Origin: an uncultured Gemmatimonadaceae bacterium
Lineage (GTDB): Bacteria; Gemmatimonadota; Gemmatimonadetes; Gemmatimonadales; Gemmatimonadaceae
Assembly: GCA_963761305.1 (NCBI GenBank)
Contig: CAVXGK010000002.1
Location: forward strand, 224,001 to 288,000
DNA length: 64,000 nucleotides
Direction: 5' to 3'
Positions 10,862 to 21,878 of the stretch are shown here, piece after piece. The stretch's first letter is position 1; every line of letters starts with the position of its first letter. The translations under genes were made by a program, and so were the position numbers. The notes beneath the pieces were generated by a model. The model worked only from the letters and a program-made list of their open reading frames with translations. It was not told the origin of the DNA and ran no database searches.

Positions 10862-11540
10862 GTGCGAACCATGGCGCTCGCGCAGCTTGCGTGTCTCGCT
10901 CGTCACCGCGAGTAGGCCCGCGAAGACGCGCCTGTGGTGATGCACGCGGCACCGGGCCCGCCGCCGCCATCGCGCTATTTTCGCCGCCCACCGCGGATAT
11001 GCGCCCGGTCTCCTGGCCCACTGTCGCGCGCGCGCCACGCCGCGCGATGTTTGATCGTCACCGCCCGACGTTTTGTCGCCATCTGCTCGAAGCCACTCGT
11101 CGACTGCCCGCGTTCAGTCGACGCACGACCGCCCTCATTGCGCGTAGCCCAGCCGCAGGTGCCCGACGGACCATGCGTCGCTCGCCGCAGACCGCGGGAC
11201 CGCGATCCGCTCCCGACCGCAATCCACATTTCAACACCGGAAAGCGCGACCACACCGGATCTGGCGAGCGATGCTCACCGCGGTGTCGGCCCATTCCGCG
11301 GCGGCGGCCTCGAGGACTCATCGATCGCTCGCCACGGACCGCCGAAAAACGACCGATCACCGTCCAGCCGGAGCGCGGGATGAAGTAGACGCCGCGCCAA
11401 CCCGCGGCGCGTCGTCAACGGACCGAACTACGCGCCACAAGTGTTGCGAAGACGCAGCAAAGGATCGAACTCTGTGAGCGAACGACCGAACTCACTGAGC
11501 TAACGACCGAACTCCGTCGTCGTCAGACCGCGTTCGCGTC

Positions 11541-12780
11541 TCAGATGTACGCCTGCTCCCCGTGCAGCGATTCGTCGAGCCCGACCGCTTCGTCGGCCTC
11601 TGTGACCGTGACCGGCGTGATGGCTTGGATCGCCGCCAACATCCCGTACGTGAAGATGGCCGCGTAGGCGGCCGCTCCGATGACGGCGAGCGACTCCTTC
11701 ACGAAAAACGCCGAGTTGCCGTGCAGAAGGCCGTCGGCCCCGCCATCCGGGTTCACCGCCTTCGTCGCAAAGATCGCCAGTGCGAAAACGCCGAGCATGC
11801 CGCCCACGCCGTGCACGCCCCAGACGTCGAGCGCGTCGTCCCATTGCATTTTGTTCTTGAGCGAAATGGCATAGTAGCACACGACGCTCGCGGCGATGCC
11901 GATCAGGATCGCCGTCGAGGTGGTCACGTAGCCGGCGGCCGGCGTGATGGCCGCCAGTCCCGCGATCGAACCGGTGAGCAGGCCGAGGAACTTCGGTTTC
12001 CGCTCGTAGGTCCAGGCCAGCGCCAGCCACGTCACCGCGGCGAAGGAGGCGGCGACGTCGGTGTTGAGGAACGCGAGCGCCGTGACCGAATCGACTTTCA
12101 GCTCGCTGCCGGCGTTGAATCCGTACCAACCGAACCAGAGCAGGCCCGTGCCCAGCGCGACGAGCGGAATGCTGTGCAGCCCCGCGTCGGGGACTCGGCG
12201 GCGGCCCGACGAAGAACACAGCGGCCAGCGCCGCAAACCCCGCCGTGGCGTGGACCACGATGCCGCCGGCGAAGTCGAGGACTCCATGTGCCTGGAGGAT
12301 CCCGCCGCCCCAGACCATGTGGGCGACCGGGAAGTACACAAGCAGCAGCCACGCCACGAGAAACAGCAGATACGCCTTGAAGGTCACGCGATTGGCGAAC
12401 GCGCCCGTGATGAGGGCCGGCGTGATCTGCGCGAACATCATTTGATAGGCGATGAACACGATGAGCGGAATCGTCGGCGAGCCGGCAAACGGCGTGAACG
12501 GATCGACGCCGCGGAAGAATGCCAGGTTGAAGTTGCCGATGATGCCGCCGATGTCGGGATTCGTCGCGCTCTGATAGCTCCCGCTGAACGCCATCGAGTA
12601 GCCGCAGACGACCCACAGCACCGTCGTCACGCCCATCGAGACGAAGCTCTGCAGCATGATCGTGAGGACGTTCTTGCGTCCGACGAGGCCTCCGTAGAAA
12701 AACGCGAGGCCGGGCGTCATGAGCATGACCAGGCTCGTCGAGACCAGCATGAACGCGATGTTGCCGGTGTCCCAGTGCAT
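11541..12780 (-). CDS. amt: Ammonium transporter; frameshift near 12205
   Basis: LVMLMTPGLAFFYGG, DFAGGIVVH in 11500..12780; LWFGWYGFNAGS, GLAAITP, DDALDVWGVHG, GLDESLHGE in 11541..12341. Confidence 0.93.
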
Positions 12781-12985
12781 CCTCTCCCCCGGTTTTTTGT
12801 GTTGTGAGCCGAGGGGAAAGTGACCGCCTTCCGATCGCCCGGCTAGTCGGCGCCCAGGAGGTGCTGGACAACGGTGTTACCGACAGCCACGATCACCAGG
12901 ATTGCCGCGTTACCCGAGGGCGTCACAGGTCGTCGCTGGACGCGCCCCCGCGCGAGTGAGCGAGCGACCGGAGACGACCCTGATA

Positions 12986-14489
12986 TTGGACACGACTGCG
13001 ATCGTCATCGGCGCGGGCCCCGCAGGGCTCACGGCCGGTTATCTCCTCGCCAAGGCCGGCGAGCCTGTCGTCGTCCTCGAGAGCGATCCGGAGTACGTCG
13101 GCGGAATCTCGCGCACGGCCGAGCACAACGGCTTCCGATTCGACATCGGCGGACATCGGTTCTTCTCGAAATCCGCCGAGATCGAGGCGTTGTGGACCGA
13201 GCTGCTCGGGGATGAGCTGCTTCAACGCCCGCGGCTCTCACGGATCTACTACAAGAAAAAGTTTCTCGCCTATCCCATTCGCGCCGGCGAGGTGTTGCGG
13301 AAGCTCGGACCCATCGAGGCGGCGCTCGCCGTGGCCTCGTATCTCCGAGCCCGGGCGTTTCCCATCGCGAATCCGCAGTCGTTCGAAGACTGGGTGACCA
13401 ACCAGTTCGGCGAGCGGCTGTATCGCGCCTTCTTCAAGACCTACACCGAAAAGGTGTGGGGCATGAGCTGCCGAGACATCTCGGCCGATTGGGCCGCGCA
13501 GCGAATCAGCGGACTGTCGCTCGCGTCGGCGGTACGACAGGCGCTCTTTCCGCCGCGAGCCGGGAAGAACTCCGCCGGCACGATCAAGACGCTGGTCACG
13601 TCGTTCCGCTATCCGCGGTTCGGGCCGGGCCAGATGTGGGATCGCTGCCGCGACAGAATCGTGGAGCACGGCGGCCAGGTCCTGCTCGGACATCGCGTGA
13701 GCGGCTGCCACTATCTCGGACCCGACGCCGGCTGGGAAGTCACTGCTCGCGACGCCCACGGCGACGAGCACACGTTCCGGGCTCCTCACGTGATCAGCTC
13801 GGCCCCGATTCGTGAGCTGGCGCGCATGATCTCGCCGGCGGTGCCGGCGCGCGTGCTCGCGGCCACCGACGCGCTCAAGTATCGCGACTTTCTCACCGTC
13901 GCATTGATGATGAAGGATCGCACGAACCTGCCGGACAACTGGATCTACGTCCACGATCCCGTCGGTGCGCGTCGGCCGGATTCAGAACTTCAAATCGTGG
14001 TCGCCCGATCTGGTGCCGGATCCGTCGATGGCCTGCTACGGCCTGGAATACTTCTGCTTCGAGGGCGACGGGCTGTGGACGTCCCGCGACGAGGAGTTGA
14101 TCGCGTTGGCCGCTCGCGAGCTCGCCGAGCTCGGACTCGGGTCGCCGGAGGACGTGCGTGACGCGTGCGTCGTCCGGCAACCGAAGGCGTATCCCGTCTA
14201 CGACGCCGACTACGCCGGGCACGTGGCGACGTTCCGAACGGAGCTCGCCGCCAATTATCCCGATCTGCATCTCGTCGGCCGCAACGGCATGCACAAGTAC
14301 AACAATCAGGATCACGCCATGATGACGGCGATCCTGACGGCCAGGAACATCCTGGCCGGGTCGCCTGTGTACGACCCGTGGCGAGTGAACCAGGACGCCG
14401 AGTATCACGAGTCCGGTGCCACGGATATCGAGACGGGCGGTCGCGCCGTTCCACGACCCTTGGCAGCGGCAGCCATACCGTCAGCGTGA
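12986..14489 (+). CDS. NAD(P)/FAD-dependent oxidoreductase (HemY/UDP-galactopyranose mutase-like family); frameshift near 13960
   Basis: VIGAGPAGL, FDIGGHRFFSK, KTYTEKVWG, WIYVHDP then GRIQNFKSWS, KAYPVYD, GRNGMHKYNNQDH; TTG start inferred. Confidence 0.85.
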
Positions 14490-16297
14490 ACCGGCCGGTT
14501 TCGCGCGCCGATTCGTGGATTCGAATCGGTCTCGTCGTCGCGGCGGTCGCGCCATTCGTGGGCACGCTCTTCTATGGATTCGTCTATGACGATTCCATGA
14601 TAATCCTGCGCAATCCGGTGCTCGTCGGATGGAAGTCGGTGTTCGACGTGTGGCGACACCCGTATTGGGTGAACGCCGGACCCGGAACGCCGGGGTTGTA
14701 TCGCCCGCTGCTCACGCTGTGCTTCGCGATCCTGGCGAACGGCGCGCACAAGTACGCGATCGCCTATCACCTGTTCGCGGTCGCGCTGCACGTGACGGCC
14801 ACGCTTCTCGTCGCCAGACTGTTGCGACGCGGCGTCGGTCGATGGCCGGCCGCCGGCGGCGCACTGTGGTTCGCCCTTCACCCCGTTCACGTGGAGGCCG
14901 TGGCGAGCGTCGCCAATGTCTCGGAAGTGCTCGTCTGCGTCTGGGCCATTCTGCTCGCGCTCTGGCTGCTTCCACCTCAGGACTCCGCGGACGAGCGATT
15001 CAGTCCTCCGGGATGGAGCAAGGCGATCGTCGCGGTGCTGCTCTACGCGGCCGCACTTTTCTCGAAGGAGTCGGGCGGCGTCGTGCCGGGGCTGGCGCTG
15101 CTGGCGGTGGCCGGCTGGGGAGCACCGGGAACGTTTTCCCTGCGCGACGCGCGTGCACGAGCACTCGGCTGGTCGCGCGTGGTCTCGCTTTGGGTCGGCG
15201 TGCTCGCGAGCGTGGTCGTCATTCGACGACTCGTGTTGGGCGGAGTGGCGGGGCACGTGTCGTTCGCCATCCCGGGCCTGGCCGAGCTCGACGGATGGCA
15301 TCGCATCGTGGCCGTTTTTTCGACTGGTTTGCGGGTGATGCAACTGCTCGTGTGGCCGACGACGCAGTCGCCGGACTACGGGCCGAGCGCTCTTCCTGCC
15401 GGGACCAATGGCTCGCTCGCGGCCGCGGCGACGGCGCTCACGGTTCTCCTGCTGCTGCTTTGGTCATCGCGTCTCGCGTTTCGATCCGACCGGCGCGACG
15501 CGCGACCGTTTGTCGCCGTCGTGTGGTGCTTGCTCGCCTACTTGCCGGCCTCCAACCTGCTCGCCGCAACGGGCGCCATCATCGCGGAACGCACGCTCTA
15601 CATGGCGTCGGTCGGCGTCGCAATGTTGCTGGCGTGGAGTCTGGAGCAGGCGCTGGCCTACGCGGCGGCCAGGCTCGACTCGCCCGCTCGGGTTACCTCG
15701 TCGATCGCCCGCGCTATCCCCGTGTTGGCCGCGAGCACCGTGATCGCGATTTGCGCCCGGAGCTACGTCCAGACGCGCGAGTACTCCCGCGTCTGGCGCG
15801 ACCGCCACTCACTATTCTCGCAAATGGTGAAGGCGGACCCGCTGGACTACCGCGGGTATCAGTTGTTGGCGATCGAGGCCAAGGACGAGCGCCGCTCCGA
15901 CGAATCCGCCCTGTTGTACGCTCGCGCCTATGCCCTCCGACCCTTCGATGAGACGCTTTTGCTCGACTATGGCGGCTACCTGCTCGACACCGGCCGGCGG
16001 CGCTATGCGCTCGCGATGGGCGAGCGGTTGCTGCGCTATCCCGACGCGTGGACCGACCCCGCAGCGATGACTCTCCTTCTCAACGCGACGGCGCAGGTGT
16101 GGGGCGTGGATTCCGTGCTCGCGGCTGCCCGACGACTCGATGCGCGCGCGCCAAGCGCGCGGGCGGCGCTGTTCACGGGCATGGCCTACGACGCCAAGGG
16201 CGATTCAGCGTCGGCGCAGGCGGCGTACCGCGTGGGTCTCTTGCGCGTCCCGTCGGACAGCGCTCTCAACGCGCATCTCGCGGCCCGCGCCCGCTGA
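14486..16297 (+). CDS. TMTC-like GT-C membrane glycosyltransferase with C-terminal TPR-like region
   Basis: GFVYDD, YRPL, FALHPVHVEAV, ALFSKE, AERTLY motifs; many TM helices; GTGA overlap with upstream gene. Confidence 0.82.
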   Translation: MNRPVSRADSWIRIGLVVAAVAPFVGTLFYGFVYDDSMIILRNPVLVGWKSVFDVWRHPYWVNAGPGTPGLYRPLLTLCFAILANGAHKYAIAYHLFAVALHVTATLLVARLLRRGVGRWPAAGGALWFALHPVHVEAVASVANVSEVLVCVWAILLALWLLPPQDSADERFSPPGWSKAIVAVLLYAAALFSKESGGVVPGLALLAVAGWGAPGTFSLRDARARALGWSRVVSLWVGVLASVVVIRRLVLGGVAGHVSFAIPGLAELDGWHRIVAVFSTGLRVMQLLVWPTTQSPDYGPSALPAGTNGSLAAAATALTVLLLLLWSSRLAFRSDRRDARPFVAVVWCLLAYLPASNLLAATGAIIAERTLYMASVGVAMLLAWSLEQALAYAAARLDSPARVTSSIARAIPVLAASTVIAICARSYVQTREYSRVWRDRHSLFSQMVKADPLDYRGYQLLAIEAKDERRSDESALLYARAYALRPFDETLLLDYGGYLLDTGRRRYALAMGERLLRYPDAWTDPAAMTLLLNATAQVWGVDSVLAAARRLDARAPSARAALFTGMAYDAKGDSASAQAAYRVGLLRVPSDSALNAHLAARAR

Positions 16298-16437
16298 AGC
16301 CCGACGGCCGTCGATTTGGCCTGAAGTCCGAGCTCTGGCTGAGAACGCCGGATTTTGTCGCGGTAGCCTTTGCTTCCCAACGGAACGGCAGAGAATTTTC
16401 GAACCATGACGCTCCTCGCTGACGTAGCGGTGATTCG

Positions 16438-17040
16438 ATGACGTTCCAGTCCGAGATGAGCGACGCGCTGCGCGCGCGGCTCACGACGGTGTGCGTCGAA
16501 GGGTGGACCCTCTGGGATCGGTTCGACGACGAGGTGCGCACGCACCACTTCCATCCCTTCGTGGCGGCGGAGTACGATTCCGTCGTCGACGCATTGATGC
16601 GGCACCGCGGCCCGAATCTTCGATTTCTCGAGTGGGGCGCGGCGACCGGAGTCATCACCATCATCGCCGATCTCCTGGGGTTCGACGCCTACGGCATCGA
16701 GTTGGATCGCGACCTTGTCGCGACGGCGCGCGATCTCGCGAAGAGGTTCGACTCCCGCGCCAAGTTCGTCGCGGGAAGCTTCATGCCGACGGGATACGTG
16801 TGGCGGCCACCGGACGGAGACGGACGTACCGGCACGTTGGGATCGGGGGTGTCGGGCTACCGCGAGCTCGGCCACGCCCTGGATGAATTCGACGTGGTCT
16901 TCGGGTATCCGTGGGATGGAGAGCGCGACCTCATGCTCGACCTGATGAACCGCTACGGCCGCGCCGATGCGACGCTGCTGCTGAACCACGTCAACGACGG
17001 AGTGGTGGCGTATCGTGGCGGGCGCATCGTCGACGCGTGA
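16438..17040 (+). CDS. Class I SAM-dependent methyltransferase-like protein
   Basis: FLEWGAATG motif I, AYGIELD motif II, FDVVFGYPW. Confidence 0.72.
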   Translation: MTFQSEMSDALRARLTTVCVEGWTLWDRFDDEVRTHHFHPFVAAEYDSVVDALMRHRGPNLRFLEWGAATGVITIIADLLGFDAYGIELDRDLVATARDLAKRFDSRAKFVAGSFMPTGYVWRPPDGDGRTGTLGSGVSGYRELGHALDEFDVVFGYPWDGERDLMLDLMNRYGRADATLLLNHVNDGVVAYRGGRIVDA

Positions 17041-18527
17041 CGCGCCTCGCCGACGTCGCGGTGATTGGAGGCGGGCCGGCGGGATCATCGGCCGCCCGCC
17101 TTCTCGCGTCGTGGGGGCAGTCCGTGATCGTGCTCGCGCGTGCGCCGCGACAGCCGCCGCTGGCTGAGTCACTGCCGCCGAGTTGCGTGAAGCTGTTCGA
17201 CGAGATCGGAGTGCGGGCGGCAATCGATCGCGCCGGATTCATTCGCGCCACGGGCAACACCGTACACTGGGCCGACGGCGCCCGACGCGTCGAGATGTTC
17301 GACCAAGCGGGGCTCGGATATCAGGTCGTCCGCGATCGATTCGACGAGCTGTTGCTCGACGGCGCGCAGGCGGCCGGCGCGTCGGTGGACCGTGACGTCT
17401 CGGTGCGCGAGGCGGAGCGCGAGGGCGATTTGTGGCGCGTGCAGATCGACCGCGCGGACAACGGTGCCGCGGAAACAGTGCGCGCGCGATGGCTTCTCGA
17501 CTGCAGTGGTCGGGCGGGCGTGATGGCCCGGCGAGGTTGGCGGCGCACGGAGTCCGCGGCGCGAACGATTGCTGTCGCAGGCGTATGGGAACGATCCGGC
17601 GCCTGGCCGCTCGAGGACGCGACGCACACGTTCGTGGAGAGCTACGAGAACGGATGGGCCTGGTCGATCCCCGTGTCCGCATCGCGCCGGTTCGTCACGG
17701 TGATGCTCGATCCGCGCGTGACGACGTTGCCGGGTCGATCGGAGCTCGCCGCCGCGTACCACGCTGAGATCGCGCGCGCGACGGCGCTGCGTACTCTCAT
17801 AGACGGCGCAACGATCGTGGATGCGCCCTGGGCGTGCGACGCCACGCCGTACTCGGCGACCCGCGTTGCCGGCGACGGAGTGCTGCTCGTTGGCGACGCC
17901 GCGTCGTTCGTCGATCCGCTGTCGTCGTTCGGCGTGAAGAAGGCGCTGGCCTCGGCGTGGCTGGCGGCGGTCGTCGTGCACACCGCGCTCGTCGACCCCG
18001 CGACGACCGATGCAGCGCTCGAGCTGTTCACCGCGCGCGAGGTCGCGATGGCCGAGCATCTGCGGCAGGGAGCGGCGGCCCTCGCGCGCGACGCGGCGGG
18101 CGCGCACGAGACTTCGTTCTGGTCCGCGCGAGCCGATCGAGACGCGTCGCCGCCGAGCGACGAGTGGGATGTCGACGCGCTGCGTACGGACAAACGCATC
18201 CAAACAGCGTTCGAGGATCTGAAGCGGCAGCCGGTCTTGCGGCTGCAACTGGCCGGCTCGCTCGAGTTCGTCCGCCGGCCGGTCGTACGCGGCCATCGCA
18301 TCGCACTCGAGGAGCACCTGTCGGCGCCGACGTCTGCGAACGCCGTTCGGTACTGCCGCAACGTCGATCTCGTGGTCTTGGCGCGCCTCGCTCCGGAGTT
18401 CGAGCAGGTGCCAGACCTCTTCGACGCGTACAACCGCGCCGCCGGCCCCGCGCCGCTCCCGGACTTCCTCGGCGCGCTGTCGACGCTCGTCGGATTCGGC
18501 ATGCTCACTGCGGCAGACGGCGCTTGA
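17037..18527 (+). CDS. qhpG: FAD-dependent monooxygenase, QhpG-like (CTQ biogenesis)
   Basis: DVAVIGGGPAG, ESLPP, RDRFD, LDCSGR, GWAWSIP, VGDAASFVDPLSSFGV, C-terminal extra domain; directly upstream of qhpA. Confidence 0.82.
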   Translation: MTRLADVAVIGGGPAGSSAARLLASWGQSVIVLARAPRQPPLAESLPPSCVKLFDEIGVRAAIDRAGFIRATGNTVHWADGARRVEMFDQAGLGYQVVRDRFDELLLDGAQAAGASVDRDVSVREAEREGDLWRVQIDRADNGAAETVRARWLLDCSGRAGVMARRGWRRTESAARTIAVAGVWERSGAWPLEDATHTFVESYENGWAWSIPVSASRRFVTVMLDPRVTTLPGRSELAAAYHAEIARATALRTLIDGATIVDAPWACDATPYSATRVAGDGVLLVGDAASFVDPLSSFGVKKALASAWLAAVVVHTALVDPATTDAALELFTAREVAMAEHLRQGAAALARDAAGAHETSFWSARADRDASPPSDEWDVDALRTDKRIQTAFEDLKRQPVLRLQLAGSLEFVRRPVVRGHRIALEEHLSAPTSANAVRYCRNVDLVVLARLAPEFEQVPDLFDAYNRAAGPAPLPDFLGALSTLVGFGMLTAADGA

Positions 18528-18543
18528 CGGCTTGACGTCTACA

Positions 18544-18589
18544 CCACCGGTCCACCGGTCCACCGGTCCACCGGTCTACCGGTCCACCG
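18544..18589. repeat. Octamer tandem repeat (CCACCGGT/CTACCGGT) x~6
   Basis: Read directly in the qhpG-qhpA spacer. Confidence 0.9.
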
Positions 18590-18590
18590 C

Positions 18591-18619
18591 TTGACAGCAT
18601 CGGGGCCGGGGCGTATCCC
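18591..18619 (+). promoter_or_regulatory. Possible sigma70 promoter upstream of qhpA
   Basis: TTGACA-N17-TATCCC; the -10 element is weak. Confidence 0.35.
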
Positions 18620-18667
18620 GTAGGGCACCTGGGAGCGTGTCACTTCCACCCCAAGCACCTTCAGGTC

Positions 18668-20425
18668 ATGTCGCGTCGACTGTTCGTCGCTCCATCGCGC
18701 GTTTGGCTCGCCGTAGGACTTCTCGCCTGGGCAGGCTCCGCGCACGCTCAGCGTGGCGGCGGAGGAGGCGGCGGCCGAGGTCGGGGCGCCGCGGCAGGAA
18801 CGGGCGCGGCCGCGGCGGATACGACGACTGGCTTCGTGATTCGCGACGTGACGACGCGGACGCGTTGCCAAAGTTGTCATCAGCGCGACTCGGCGGGCAT
18901 GCTCCAGCGCATCTCGTACGAGCGCAAGACGCCCGAAGGTTGGGAGATGACCGTGCGGCGCATGGTCGCGCTCAACAACGTCAAGCTGGAACCGGCCGAC
19001 GCACGCGCGATCGTGCGGTATCTGAGCGACAACCAGGGACTCGCACCGGCCGAGCTTCGACCGGGACGGTTCGAGGTCGAGCGTCGGACGATCGAGTATC
19101 GGTACACGGCGGATACCCGCACCGAAACGACCTGTCGCGCGTGTCACTCGATGGGGCGCGTGATCACGCAGCGTCGCACGCGGGGCGAATGGGAGCTGCT
19201 CGTCGCCACGCATCGCGCGCTCTATCCGGACGCCGACTTTCAGGCGTTCCGGCGCGGCGGCCCGGCGACGAACGACAGCGGAGCGGCGGTTCCACATCCG
19301 ATGGACGTCGCGATCAACCATCTCGCCCGCACGTTCCCGCTGCGGACGCCGGAATGGGCCGCCTGGTCGGCGACGATGCGGCCGCCGCATCTCGAGGGCA
19401 CGTGGTCGCTCAGCGGCAGCGAGCCCGGTCGCGGTGCGTTCTATGGAAGGATGACGGTCACGCGCGGCGCCGGCGATGGCGAGTTCGTCACCCAGGCGAC
19501 GTATCGCTACGCCGACGGCGGCAAGGTCGTGCAGCGCACCGGAAAGTCGATCGTGTACACCGGTTTCCAGTGGCGTGGCCGCTCGACGGATCCGGCGCTC
19601 AAGGCGACGGACACGGTCGGCCTGCGCGAGGTGATGTTCGTCGAGCCGGGCTGGGAAGAGATGTCCGGCCGCTGGTTCACCGGCGGCTACGACGAGGTCG
19701 GGATGGACGTGTCGCTCAAGAAGCTCGGCGCGAATCCCGTGCTGCTCGGCGTGGCGCCGCACGCGGTGCGCGTCGGAACGCGGGGCCAGGACGTCACGAT
19801 CTTCGGCGCGAATCTCCCGAAGAACATCGCGGCGACGGGCGTCGACTTCGGCCCCGGGGTGACGATCGAGCGCGTCGTCCGCGCGACACCGGACTCGATC
19901 ACCGTGCGCATGAACGTCGACTCGGCGGCGGTCATCGGCAAACGTGATCTCTACGCCGCCGGCGTGTCGCTGCGCGACGGCGCTGTCGTCTACGATCAGA
20001 TCAACCGCATCAAGGTCGTGCCGCTGGCCGGTCTCGCGCGCGTCGGCGGGAACGTCTTCCCGAAACAGCTCCAACAGTTCGACGCGATCGCCTACTACAA
20101 CGGACCCGACGGCAAACCGGACACCGACGACGATCTCGAGATCGGCCGCGTGAACGCCACCTGGTCGCTCGAGGAATACGGCGTCACGTACGACGACGAC
20201 GACGTGAAGTTCGTGGGCGCCGTCGACCAGACGGGGCTGTTCACGCCGAACGTCGACGGTCCGAATCCTCAGCGCAGCGCGAACCGCAACAACGTCGGCG
20301 ACGTGTGGGTCGTCGCGACGTATACACCCCCAGGCAAGTCGCCTCGCCCGCTGCGCGCTCGCGCGCAGCTCGTCGTCACCGTGCCGCTCTACATGCGGTT
20401 CGCACCCTGGAAAACGCAGCCATGA
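18668..20425 (+). CDS. qhpA: Quinohemoprotein amine dehydrogenase alpha subunit (diheme c)
   Basis: Signal peptide; CQSCH...RISYERKTPEGWEMTVRRM; CRACH...QRRT..EW; ARVGG, GLFTP..GPNP.R...NNVG, LVVTVP. Confidence 0.95.
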   Translation: MSRRLFVAPSRVWLAVGLLAWAGSAHAQRGGGGGGGRGRGAAAGTGAAAADTTTGFVIRDVTTRTRCQSCHQRDSAGMLQRISYERKTPEGWEMTVRRMVALNNVKLEPADARAIVRYLSDNQGLAPAELRPGRFEVERRTIEYRYTADTRTETTCRACHSMGRVITQRRTRGEWELLVATHRALYPDADFQAFRRGGPATNDSGAAVPHPMDVAINHLARTFPLRTPEWAAWSATMRPPHLEGTWSLSGSEPGRGAFYGRMTVTRGAGDGEFVTQATYRYADGGKVVQRTGKSIVYTGFQWRGRSTDPALKATDTVGLREVMFVEPGWEEMSGRWFTGGYDEVGMDVSLKKLGANPVLLGVAPHAVRVGTRGQDVTIFGANLPKNIAATGVDFGPGVTIERVVRATPDSITVRMNVDSAAVIGKRDLYAAGVSLRDGAVVYDQINRIKVVPLAGLARVGGNVFPKQLQQFDAIAYYNGPDGKPDTDDDLEIGRVNATWSLEEYGVTYDDDDVKFVGAVDQTGLFTPNVDGPNPQRSANRNNVGDVWVVATYTPPGKSPRPLRARAQLVVTVPLYMRFAPWKTQP

Positions 20426-21841
20426 TGCAGCTCCGGCGCGGTGAATATCACAGCTTTAGCGGTGGCGACGCGCGCTTTCTATACCTCGTGCCGTCGGCCG
20501 CTGTCGTGCGGCTCGACGACGTCGCCGAGGCCGTCCTCGAGACGCTGGCCGACGGAGATCGCACGGCGACCGAGCTCGCCGAGTCGCTCTCGACGCGGTG
20601 GGGTCCAGAGGTGATCCGCTCGTCGATCGATGAGTTGCTCGGCATGCGCGCGATTCATACGGTCGCGGCGCCGCCGCCCAAACCGGTTGCGGAGAAGCCC
20701 AAGCGACGCATTCCGCTCCAGACGCTCGTGCTCAACGTGACGAGCAAGTGCAACCTGTCGTGCGGCTACTGCTACGAGTACGGCGAGGATCGCATCGTCG
20801 AAGCCGCGAGCAAGCCCCGCTTCATGAACGAAGAGACGGCTCGGCAAAGCGTCGACTTCATGTTCAGCGAGGCGGGCGACTCGCCGGCGGTGAACTTGAC
20901 GTTCTTCGGCGGCGAGACGCTGCTCAACTTCAAGATGCTGAAGTCGGCGCTCGCCTACGCGCGGGAGCGCGCCGAGCCGTTGGGCAAGCAGGTGAACGCC
21001 AGCCTCACCACGAACGCGACGCTGTTGCGCGAAGAGATCATCGACTGGATCGTCGAGAACGACGTGGGCGTCACTGTGTCGATCGACGGCGCCAAGGAGC
21101 AACAGGACAAGTTCCGCGTCTTCGCGAACGGCATGGGGAGCTACGACCTCGTCGTGCCGAACATCAAAGAACTGTTACGCCGCCATCGTCGTCGCCCGGT
21201 CGGCGCGCGAGTCACGCTCACGGGACAGAATCTCGACGTCACCTCGATCTACCGGCACCTGTACGAGGAGCTGGGCTTCTGGGAAGTCGGCTTCGCGCCG
21301 GTGACCACGTCGTGGCAGCGCGAGTATGCGATCGAGGACGAGGGATTCCGGCAGCTGCTGTCCGGTTTCCAGACCCTCGCCGCCGACTATCTGAATGCGG
21401 CCCTGGCGGGCCGCCGTCATGGATTCTCGAACGTGCGCGATACGCTCGAGGAGATTCACAAGGGCATGAGCAAGGCCTATCCGTGCGGCGCCGGCCTCGG
21501 CCTCATGGGCGTGGCCACCGACGGCGACGTCGCGCTCTGCCACCGCTTCGCCGGATCGGACACGCACAAGCTGGGCACCGTGTTCGACGGCATCGATCAT
21601 TCGCGTCAGGACGACTTCCTGATGAAGCACCACATCGCCAACAAGACTGATTGCTCCACGTGCTGGGCGCGTCCGCTGTGCGCGGGCGGCTGCTATCATG
21701 AAGCACACACGCGCTACGGCTCGACCGTGGAGCCGAACCTGCACTACTGCGAGTGGATTCGCGCCTGGACGAACACCTGCCTTGAGATGTACGGCGTTCT
21801 CGCCGACAGAGAAGCCCGAGTTCCTGGCGCAGTTCGATTAA
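20422..21841 (+). CDS. qhpD: Radical SAM/SPASM thioether-forming maturase; frameshift in the last codons near 21810
   Basis: CNLSCGYC, FFGGE, TTNATLL, SIDG, CGAG...CHRF, CSTCWARPLCAGGC; N-terminal PqqD-like region; corrected end KPEFLAQFD*. Confidence 0.93.
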
Positions 21842-21878
21842 TCGTCCACCGTCCACCTGTCCACCCGTCCACCCGTCC

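Noticed and set aside
17037..18527. Flavin-dependent halogenase
   Set aside because: WxWxIP is present, but position beside qhpA and the C-terminal extension fit QhpG better
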